Shown: piece by piece, positions 34,088 to 40,630 of the stretch
Layout of the letters: each line of letters opens with the position of its first letter
How positions within the stretch are numbered: the first letter of the stretch is position 1
Source: an uncultured Bacteroidales bacterium
Lineage (GTDB): Bacteria > Bacteroidota > Bacteroidia > Bacteroidales > JALTDM01
Direction of reading: 5' to 3'
Assembly: GCA_964606715.1 (NCBI GenBank)
Contig: CAZSHT010000001.1
Location: 1 to 40,630, forward strand
Length of the DNA: 40,630 nucleotides
The notes under the pieces: model-generated
What the model was told of the DNA's origin: nothing
Databases searched by the model: none
The model's input: only the letters and a program-made list of their open reading frames with translations
Program-made: the position numbers and the translations under genes

Positions 34088-35443
34088 GTGAGAATACATT
34101 TTATTGCCATCGGTGGTGCCGTAATGCACAATATGGCTATTGCCCTTCATAAAAAAGGATATACCGTCAGCGGTTCCGACGACGAAATCTTTGATCCTGC
34201 AAAATCGAATTTGGAAAAATACGGACTTTTGCCCCCAAAACAAGGTTGGCATCCGGAAAACATCACCACAGATATTGATGCTGTGATTTTGGGTATGCAT
34301 GCCCGAAAAGATAATCCGGAATTGCAAAAAGCACAAGAGCTGGGGTTGAAAATCTATTCGTTTCCGGCTTATACCTACGAACAAACACGCCAAAAAACAC
34401 GCATTGTCGTTGCCGGCAGTCACGGGAAAACGACGATCACTTCGATGATAATGTATGTGATGAAGGCGGCAGGTTATCCATTTGATTATCTGGTAGGTTC
34501 GTCTATCGATGGTTTTGAAACGATGGTGCATTTCGAAGAAAAAAATAAGTATGTCGTTATCGAAGGTGATGAATACTTGTCGTCGCCACTCGACAGCCGT
34601 TCAAAATTTTTGCATTACAAACCTCATATTGCCATTATCAGCGGTATTGCTTGGGATCATATCAATGTGTTTCCTACTTTCGACAGTTATTTGACAACTT
34701 TCCGAAAATTCATCGAATCGATAGAACCGCAAGGACATCTGTTTTATTATACCCACGATACTCATTTGCAGACATTGAAAGATGCCAATACCGCCATCAA
34801 TATATTGCCTTATGACGAGCATCCGTTTGAGGTTATCAACCACCAATTGCATTTGAAAACCGACAGTGGGTTGATACCGCTTCAAATATTCGGACAACAC
34901 AATTTGCAAAATCTGCAAGCAGCAAAATTGGCATGTAACACTATCGGCATTGACGATGCAACATTCTATAAACACATTGCTTCGTTTAAAGGTGCCGGTC
35001 GTCGATTGCAGAAGATTGCCGAAAACGATTCTTCGATATTGTTTCTCGATTTTGCCCACGCCCCTTCAAAACTGAAAGCCACAACCACATCAATAAAAAA
35101 TCAATTTCCCGACCGACAGCTGATAGCATGTTTTGAATTACACACTTTTAGCAGTCTCACCAAAGATTTTCTCTCGCAATATGCCGGAACGATTGATGCG
35201 GCTGATGTGCCGGTAGTGTATTTCGACAAACATACTTTGGAACACAAGAAATTGCCTCTTCTAACAAAAGAAGAAGTGCAAAAAAACTTTGCCAATAATC
35301 GCCTGCAAGTGTTTACGGACAAACAAGCATTACACCACTTTTTGTTGCAACAACCGATGCACAACACCAACCTGTTGATGATGAGTTCCGGCACTTTTTC
35401 CGGTCTCGATATTGACCTATTGGCAAAAGAAATCATTATATAA
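34088..35443 (+). CDS. mpl: Mur ligase family protein, Mpl-like (UDP-N-acetylmuramate:L-alanyl-gamma-D-glutamyl-meso-diaminopimelate ligase, peptidoglycan recycling)
   Basis: 451 aa with a GTG start. The N-terminus MRIHFIAIGGAVMHNMAIAL is collinear with what I remember of E. coli Mpl (MRIHILGICGTFMGG...). The P-loop VAGSHGKTTITSM, EGDEY, and the FDH.N-type motif (WDHINVF) are present. Confidence 0.8.
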   Translation: MRIHFIAIGGAVMHNMAIALHKKGYTVSGSDDEIFDPAKSNLEKYGLLPPKQGWHPENITTDIDAVILGMHARKDNPELQKAQELGLKIYSFPAYTYEQTRQKTRIVVAGSHGKTTITSMIMYVMKAAGYPFDYLVGSSIDGFETMVHFEEKNKYVVIEGDEYLSSPLDSRSKFLHYKPHIAIISGIAWDHINVFPTFDSYLTTFRKFIESIEPQGHLFYYTHDTHLQTLKDANTAINILPYDEHPFEVINHQLHLKTDSGLIPLQIFGQHNLQNLQAAKLACNTIGIDDATFYKHIASFKGAGRRLQKIAENDSSILFLDFAHAPSKLKATTTSIKNQFPDRQLIACFELHTFSSLTKDFLSQYAGTIDAADVPVVYFDKHTLEHKKLPLLTKEEVQKNFANNRLQVFTDKQALHHFLLQQPMHNTNLLMMSSGTFSGLDIDLLAKEIII

Positions 35444-35496
35444 AGAAGGTTGTGCATTTAGGCCAAATTTAACTTAATGTTATTGATATCCTTTAA

Positions 35497-35868
35497 GAAG
35501 AACTGTGGAATTGTAATGAAACACGAAACTATTTTTTCATCGGAATCAGCATTATAAATTCCGTTGTCTATGAAAAAGCAGATTTCTCTGACTATTATTC
35601 TGATTACGAAATGCAAGGTCCACCGAATACTGTAATAATAGATGACCCTATAAGAGAACAAACAAAATACATTTTTGGAATAGGAACCCGGTTGGGGTAT
35701 TCCTTAAAAATGGGGGAAAAACTGCAAGGTGATTTAGGACTACAGATAGCTTTCCCAAATAACCGTTATAAATCTTTATTTGGATACCAAAACTATATTC
35801 CCGGAATGGGTTGCAAAGATTCGTATTCCTATTGGTTTCCAAGATTGTTCTTTTACATTAAATATTAA
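35497..35868 (+). pseudogene. possible remnant or frameshifted small outer-membrane-type gene
   Basis: The reading frame is open from 35497 to the stop at 35868, but its first ATG is at 35611 (track ORF, 85 aa, ending ...YSYWFPRLFFYIKY with strand-like alternation). A signal-peptide-like 21-codon ORF (ATG 35570, MKKQISLTIILITKCKVHRIL, stop at 35633) overlaps it in a frame offset by one base. Confidence 0.3.
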
Positions 35869-35904
35869 AAAGAACAAAACAGGCCACTCCCCAAAAGCAA
35901 TCTT

Positions 35905-37464
35905 CTATTGTCCTTCGGCTTCCAAAACAATTTCTTTGGTAATAATTGTTTGTTTCGACACATCGGTTACGCGTAGCCGAATATTTTTTGTTTTATAACC
36001 TTCGCTTTTCACTACCAGCGTATAGCTTCCGGGTTTCAACAACAATGTGTATCTATGGTTTTTCGGATTGACCTTAAACTTATCGGGCATCGGGTGTTTT
36101 TGGTTGTCGAGAAGTGTTAAGCTAACAGGTTTTGTTACCGGTATTTTTTGAGAGCCTTGTCGTTCAATGACCTGTCCTGTATAAACAACCATTACATTGG
36201 TATCGGCACCAAACAAGACTTTATAAATATCTTTTCCGCCCATACCGCCTTTGTGGTTTCCTGCAATATAGGCACTGCCATCGGGCATATAAGCAATTCC
36301 CAAATCATCAAATACGGTATTGAGTGGATAACCTATATTTTTCGGCTTACTCCATTTTTGTGTTTTGCTGTTATAATCCGAATAAAACACATCATATCCT
36401 CCCATACTGTTGTGTCCTTTCGAGGCAAAATACAAGCGTGTACCATCGTTTGAAATCATCGGGTAGGCTTCATCATAAGGTGTGTTGATAATGTCGGATA
36501 ACCGTTGAGGTTTCCCCCAAGTACCATCGGGGCGTTGAGCCATTTTGTAAATGTCTGTTTGTTGCTCCGGCGATTCGGAAAAAGCAATATAAAACAGATG
36601 GTTTGTTTCATCATAAGACACTCCCATATAATAGCCTTTATTATCCTTGAATGGTTTTTGTAACGGATCTTCAGGGATATATTTCATCGATAAGTTTTTG
36701 CGTTTTACCAATGCTATTTTGCTGAAATCCTCATAATAATTGGAACGCACAAACAAACGCGTTTCATTCATTGCAACAGCAACCAATTCTTCGTTATCTT
36801 CGGTATTTAGTTTCTTTTGAGGCTTGGCAAACGACCACACGCCATTGTCCAAAAAACTGTAATAAATATCTTGTGAATATTGCTCATATTCCATATCGAA
36901 ATGCTTGTTGGTGGTAAACAGCAACATTTTTCCGTCGTCGAGCAAAAACGGCAAATAATCATCCATCGACGAATTGATATCGGAACCCAAATTTATCAAT
37001 CGCAGTTTTAACGGATGTTTTATCAATTCCTTAGCATTGTTGCATTGTTGTATGCGTAGAGCAACCTCGTTGTCAAAAGTCTTATCCTTTGATTTCATCT
37101 TATACTGCTTGAATGCCGCCATTGCCCCATCAATGTCATAAGCAAACATTAGAGCTTTCCCATAGTAATAATAAAATTCATTTTCAAGGTCTTTTTTATT
37201 TCGTTTCACTTTTTTGAGTAAATCCAATGCCATAGATAAACGATGCTCACTTTCTACTAATGAATATGCCAGCATTTCTGCATATTCCATATTATTGGGA
37301 CGCACTTTGTAGAGCCGTTCATAGTAATATTCTGCCAACGAAAAATCCCCCATATCAAAATGATATTCGGCTTTCTTTTCCATTTTCACTACATAATCGG
37401 GTTTTTTTTGAGCCGAAACGATACTCATTATCAAGATAAAAAAAGATAATATTACTAATCTCAT
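35905..37464 (-). CDS. TPR + PD40/TolB-like repeat + carboxypeptidase-regulatory-like domain protein (periplasmic or envelope)
   Basis: 519 aa with signal peptide MRLVILSFFILIMSIVSAQ. TPR-like helices (FSLAEYYYERLYKVRPNNMEYAEMLAY, YYGKALMFAYDIDGAMAAFKQY). PD40 units (DEAYPMISNDGTRLYFASKGHNSMGGYDVFYS). Clear paralogy to the middle part of 18234-20327, but it lacks an OmpA domain. Confidence 0.75.
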   Translation of the reverse strand: MRLVILSFFILIMSIVSAQKKPDYVVKMEKKAEYHFDMGDFSLAEYYYERLYKVRPNNMEYAEMLAYSLVESEHRLSMALDLLKKVKRNKKDLENEFYYYYGKALMFAYDIDGAMAAFKQYKMKSKDKTFDNEVALRIQQCNNAKELIKHPLKLRLINLGSDINSSMDDYLPFLLDDGKMLLFTTNKHFDMEYEQYSQDIYYSFLDNGVWSFAKPQKKLNTEDNEELVAVAMNETRLFVRSNYYEDFSKIALVKRKNLSMKYIPEDPLQKPFKDNKGYYMGVSYDETNHLFYIAFSESPEQQTDIYKMAQRPDGTWGKPQRLSDIINTPYDEAYPMISNDGTRLYFASKGHNSMGGYDVFYSDYNSKTQKWSKPKNIGYPLNTVFDDLGIAYMPDGSAYIAGNHKGGMGGKDIYKVLFGADTNVMVVYTGQVIERQGSQKIPVTKPVSLTLLDNQKHPMPDKFKVNPKNHRYTLLLKPGSYTLVVKSEGYKTKNIRLRVTDVSKQTIITKEIVLEAEGQ

Positions 37465-37468
37465 AAGC

Positions 37469-37909
37469 TTAATTGTTTTTCAGAACGATGGTTGTTTGTC
37501 CTTTTATGATAAGATGCAATTCATTTTGGTGGTGTCGGTAATCGGCAATGTCAAACAATACCGTTTTGCTGTGGCGTTTTGTTTTGCATTTTGTTTGTGA
37601 GATGTGATTTAAGAAAACAACCAGTCGGGGTGGGAGAGTTTTTAAAATCATTCCATCGGAAATCAATTCAAAATCATCGTTTTCACAGCCTAGATAAGAA
37701 ATGGTAAGAGACAACACGCTGTCTTTTGCCACCGCATTTTCGATGTGCATCGAAGTGTCGGAAGCTACGACTATAGGCGGGTCTTTAATGGTAATTTGCT
37801 TCAAAACGGTTTGTTCTTGTGTTGTGCTCTTGTCTGATGTCGATTTATCACACGACTTTGTTGCAACGGTAGTTGCCAATACGACAAAAAATATTAAAAG
37901 TTTAATCAT
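37469..37909 (-). CDS. hypothetical small lipoprotein
   Basis: 146 aa. Signal peptide with a Cys (MIKLLIFFVVLATTVATKSC) followed by a Ser/Thr/Lys-rich linker. It sits 4 nt from the downstream gene and 1 nt from the upstream gene. No family recognised. Confidence 0.55.
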   Translation of the reverse strand: MIKLLIFFVVLATTVATKSCDKSTSDKSTTQEQTVLKQITIKDPPIVVASDTSMHIENAVAKDSVLSLTISYLGCENDDFELISDGMILKTLPPRLVVFLNHISQTKCKTKRHSKTVLFDIADYRHHQNELHLIIKGQTTIVLKNN

Positions 37910-37910
37910 T

Positions 37911-38306
37911 TTATATAGTCTCCATTTTTTCTATCATCATATTCAGCAAATTGGTCAAGGGTTTTTTCAGCATCATTTTCAACATAGCGTTTAGGTCTGC
38001 TTCGAATGCCAATTGTACGGTTGTTTCCGTTTCGCTTACGGCTTCCATTTCCACTACCAAATCGTAATGAAACGGCACATTGCCGAAATCTTTATAACGA
38101 ATCATCGAAAAAGGTTCTTTTTCAAAAATTTCAAATCCTAAGGTTCCTGCACCGTCAATGATAAACGAACAAGTTGTAGGTGTCGATTTCCAATCTTTTA
38201 CTTGGTCCGGCAAAAGATTGTGAAAATTCGTCAGGTCGGTAAGAAAATCATAGATTCGCTTATTGTTATTGAGAATTGTTTTTTTTTCTGATTGAAAAGT
38301 TGTCAT
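37911..38306 (-). CDS. SRPBCC-superfamily (START / polyketide-cyclase-like) small protein
   Basis: 131 aa with no signal peptide. Size and pattern (N-terminal strand, IYDFLTDLTNFHNLLPD helix, central strands, long C-terminal helix LNAMLKMMLKKPLTNLLNMMIEKM) fit the helix-grip fold. The assignment is by pattern only. Confidence 0.5.
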   Translation of the reverse strand: MTTFQSEKKTILNNNKRIYDFLTDLTNFHNLLPDQVKDWKSTPTTCSFIIDGAGTLGFEIFEKEPFSMIRYKDFGNVPFHYDLVVEMEAVSETETTVQLAFEADLNAMLKMMLKKPLTNLLNMMIEKMETI

Positions 38307-38327
38307 AAGAATAGTAGGTTTAAAAAA

Positions 38328-38972
38328 TTATAAATGAGTGGCCCATTCTTGCGGATTTTCACGCCATTGTTGCAAAGTGTCCAGTTCATCTTTGGAAATA
38401 TAATTTGTTTCGATGGCTCTGTTCAGCAAAATCTCATAGTTGGCTAGTGTTTCCAATTGACATTGTTTGGCTTCAAAATTTTGTGTTGCAACAGGCAATT
38501 GATACGAAAAAATAGCCACCATTCCCAATACCTTGCCATTGGCTTCTGCCAACGCATCGACAGCCGCCAAACTGCTTTTCCCTGTTGACACCAAATCTTC
38601 GATAACCACCGTTTTTTTGTTAGCATCAAAATCACCTTCTATGCGATTTTGCAATCCGTGTTTTTTGCTTTCCGAACGAATATACACATAGGGCAATTCC
38701 ATCACATCGGCCACTAAGGCTCCTATGGCTATCGCCCCTGTGGCAACACCTGCCAGTTGTTCCGCTTCGGGATATTTTTCTCGAATTATTTCGGCAAATG
38801 CTTGTTTCAAAAACGACCGCACCTCTTTGTGAGAAAGGGTTTTGCGATTGTCACAATAAATGGGTGATTTCAACCCCGACGCCCAAGTAAACGGGTTTGT
38901 CGTATTCAATTTAATTGCTTTAATTTGCAATAAATAATCAACGGTTTTGTTTCCTATAATATTCATCTGCAC
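38328..38972 (-). CDS. pyrE: orotate phosphoribosyltransferase
   Basis: Collinear with what I remember of the B. subtilis-type PyrE (IKAIKLNTTNPFTWASGLKSPIYCDNR; PRPP motif VVIEDLVSTGKS). The track start at 38972 is a GTG, and the ATG at 38966 (MNIIGNK...) is the more likely start. Confidence 0.93.
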   Translation of the reverse strand: MQMNIIGNKTVDYLLQIKAIKLNTTNPFTWASGLKSPIYCDNRKTLSHKEVRSFLKQAFAEIIREKYPEAEQLAGVATGAIAIGALVADVMELPYVYIRSESKKHGLQNRIEGDFDANKKTVVIEDLVSTGKSSLAAVDALAEANGKVLGMVAIFSYQLPVATQNFEAKQCQLETLANYEILLNRAIETNYISKDELDTLQQWRENPQEWATHL

Positions 38973-38979
38973 AAATGTA
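38972..38979 (-). promoter_or_regulatory. -7 box TACATTTG for pyrE, overlapping the NUDIX start codon
   Basis: The plus strand reads caaatgta, whose reverse complement TACATTTG is an exact TAnnTTTG match. Its 3' G is 6 nt from the pyrE ATG (38966). The box contains the complement of the plus-strand ATG at 38975-38977. Confidence 0.4.
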
Positions 38980-39595
38980 TAAAGTTTATTTCAATCACAA
39001 TGTCATCGAATTTACCAATGAACGCCCAAAAGATGCTCCGTTGGTATTCAACAAAATGCTCCTGCAACAATTGGGGTTAAATATAGTGAAAACTTTAAAT
39101 CCCGACGAAAATGTAGTCATTTATATTGTCGATGAGCATCCCGAAGAATGTCTTTCCATTTTCAAAAATTTATTCTCGCCTGTTACTGCTGCCGGCGGAT
39201 TGGTGCGAAACCAAGAGGACGATATTTTGATGATTTACCGCAACGGAATATGGGATTTGCCAAAAGGAAAAACAGAATCCGGCGAATCCGACGAAGAAAC
39301 AGCTCTTCGGGAAGTCAGCGAAGAATGTGGTATCCCACAAGACCACCTGAACATTATACGGTTTTTGGATTATTCGTATCATATCTATCCGCAAGACGAC
39401 AAATGGTTGTTCAAAACAACTTCTTGGTATGTAATGTCGGCAACAGAAGATGAACCCCTGACACCGCAAACCGAAGAAGGTATTTCCGAATTGCGTTGGG
39501 TAGCATTGCCCCAATTAAAAGATTATGTGCCCATTGCCTATCCACTCATCATTAATCTGATAATGACCTATTTAAGCCCTTCTGCGTCAGAATAA
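38975..39595 (+). CDS. NUDIX hydrolase with a ~65-aa N-terminal extension
   Basis: 206 aa with a Nudix box, GKTESGESDEETALREVSEECGI (G-x5-E-x7-REUxEExGU). The N-terminus MYKVYFNHNVIEF resembles the start of Bacteroidota NUDIX proteins I remember. Confidence 0.85.
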   Translation: MYKVYFNHNVIEFTNERPKDAPLVFNKMLLQQLGLNIVKTLNPDENVVIYIVDEHPEECLSIFKNLFSPVTAAGGLVRNQEDDILMIYRNGIWDLPKGKTESGESDEETALREVSEECGIPQDHLNIIRFLDYSYHIYPQDDKWLFKTTSWYVMSATEDEPLTPQTEEGISELRWVALPQLKDYVPIAYPLIINLIMTYLSPSASE

Positions 39596-39601
39596 TAATT
39601 T

Positions 39602-40522
39602 ATGTCAATGGGGCATTCCAAACAATTTATCCGTGTGCTGAAAATATTGATATTAGTATTGTCATACGGTTATTTATATTACCATTTTTCACACCGTTCT
39701 TTCTCCATTGCCAACCTCTCCATTTCGGCAAACAGTTTTTTTTTCTTGGGTTTTACACTCTTGCTGATGGCTGTCAACTGGTTACTTGAAGCAAAAAAAT
39801 GGCAATGCCTGACACAACCCATTGAAACGATTTCGTGGCTGACGGCACTTAAAGCTACTTTGACAGGTCTTACAGCTTCTGTTATAACACCCAATCGTGT
39901 GGGCGACTATGTGAGTCGTATGTGGGTGTTGGAAAAATCAAATTATTCACAAGGTGTTGCCGCTACAGTTCTGAGTAGTATGGTGCAGACAGCTATCACC
40001 TTATTTTTCGGAATGATTGCCTTGTTGCAATACCTTTCGTTTTCGAAATTAACGCATCAAACAATGTATCTTTTATTCGGTAGCTTGTTGTTGACAGGTT
40101 TACTATTGGTTATTTTTCTCCTGCCTAAATGGTTATCGCAAAAAAAAGGAAAAATCGGCGAAGCATTTTATTTTGCACAACATTTGCCAAAAACAATTAT
40201 GCTGAAAGCTTTTATTCTCGGCATTTTGCGTTACGGCATATTCATTATTCAGCTGTGGCTTTTGTTTTATGCCGTCGAAGCACCGTTGCCTTTGTCGGCA
40301 GTATTTATCGGAATGGGATTGGTTTACGGTGTATCGCTGTTTATTCCTTCCGTATCGCTATCGGAGCCGGCACTCAGAGGGGGTCTGGGAATAGGCTTCT
40401 TTGCTGTTTTCACCCACAACGAATCGGTCGTGCTGTCGGCTATCGTATTATTGTGGCTTATCAATGTAGCATTACCGGCAATGATTGGCTCTGTATTTTT
40501 GTGGAAGATGGAGATAAATTAA
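39602..40522 (+). CDS. integral membrane protein, lysylphosphatidylglycerol-synthase-TM / UPF0104 flippase-like family
   Basis: 306 aa with about 8 TM helices. The PNRVGDYVSR segment after TM3 is reminiscent of the conserved R-x-G-(D/E) loop of that family. It starts 6 nt after the NUDIX stop. Confidence 0.55.
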   Translation: MSMGHSKQFIRVLKILILVLSYGYLYYHFSHRSFSIANLSISANSFFFLGFTLLLMAVNWLLEAKKWQCLTQPIETISWLTALKATLTGLTASVITPNRVGDYVSRMWVLEKSNYSQGVAATVLSSMVQTAITLFFGMIALLQYLSFSKLTHQTMYLLFGSLLLTGLLLVIFLLPKWLSQKKGKIGEAFYFAQHLPKTIMLKAFILGILRYGIFIIQLWLLFYAVEAPLPLSAVFIGMGLVYGVSLFIPSVSLSEPALRGGLGIGFFAVFTHNESVVLSAIVLLWLINVALPAMIGSVFLWKMEIN

Positions 40523-40572
40523 AAAAGCAGGTAATCATATTTCTTTTAATCTCAAAAAAACATTTTCTTTGT

Positions 40573-40630
40573 ATGAAAAATATTATTATGATACGATTTC
40601 TTTCCATACTGGTTTTCAGTTTAGTTACAT
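40573..40630 (+). CDS. 5' end of an ORF with a signal-peptide-like start (MKNIIMIRFLSILVFSLVT...), truncated by the window edge
   Basis: ATG at 40573 with an open frame to the window end and a hydrophobic N-terminus. Only 19 codons are visible. Confidence 0.3.
   Translation, partial: MKNIIMIRFLSILVFSLVT

Noticed and set aside
34013-35059. Two antisense ORFs (172 aa and 152 aa) opposite the Mpl-like ligase.
   Set aside because: They lie entirely within a well-supported CDS and their sequences have no motifs. Same reasoning as for the miaB antisense ORF.
38955-38960. A perfect E. coli-type -10 hexamer TATAAT, 15 nt upstream of the NUDIX ATG.
   Set aside because: Bacteroidota primary sigma factors do not use the TATAAT/TTGACA consensus. 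The hexamer lies inside pyrE coding sequence and is expected by chance in AT-rich DNA.
1-40630. A search for CRISPR arrays, long tandem DNA repeats, IS elements and inverted-repeat termini, toxin-antitoxin pairs, restriction-modification genes or other defence gene signatures.
   Set aside because: I saw no regularly spaced DNA repeats, no transposase, integrase or recombinase-like ORF, and no small paired ORFs. Every ORF above ~120 aa is accounted for by a housekeeping or envelope function. The only repeats are protein-level (SprB, PD40, Asp-box), and these are diverged at the DNA level.

Overview
This is an AT-rich chromosomal window that looks like core genome of a member of the Bacteroidota. 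Three things support that lineage. There are two type IX secretion (T9SS) cargo proteins, one with a type A and one with a type B C-terminal sorting domain. Eleven exact matches to the Bacteroidota sigma-A -7 promoter box TAnnTTTG sit just upstream of gene starts. No Shine-Dalgarno sequences are obvious. Coding density is high and almost every large ORF is a recognisable housekeeping gene: PFOR (nifJ), AcnB, tig-clpP-clpX, lpxH, miaB, pdxA, pepA, rnhA, an MltD-like transglycosylase, lipA, pyk, an Mpl-like Mur ligase, pyrE and a NUDIX hydrolase. There are also three tRNA-Leu genes that together read the CUN box. I found no CRISPR array, transposase, integrase, toxin-antitoxin pair, restriction-modification genes or any recognisable defence or mobile module. 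I cannot honestly nominate a new multi-gene system here. The items most worth a second look are uncharacterised envelope proteins and some unusual gene-boundary architecture. They are: a ComEA-like HhH module fused to a large predicted outer-membrane barrel; a 1578-aa T9SS type B adhesin with no adjacent PorP/SprF partner, next to a PD40-OmpA protein; a tight SRPBCC / lipoprotein / TPR-PD40 operon; a hypothetical barrel-like protein upstream of lipA; back-to-back pyrE/NUDIX starts with the pyrE -7 box lying over the NUDIX ATG; a tRNA terminator 26 nt upstream of tig; convergent genes that share stop-codon bases; and a 460-nt gene-poor patch holding a probable gene remnant. All family assignments come from reading motifs in the supplied translations, and no database search was run.
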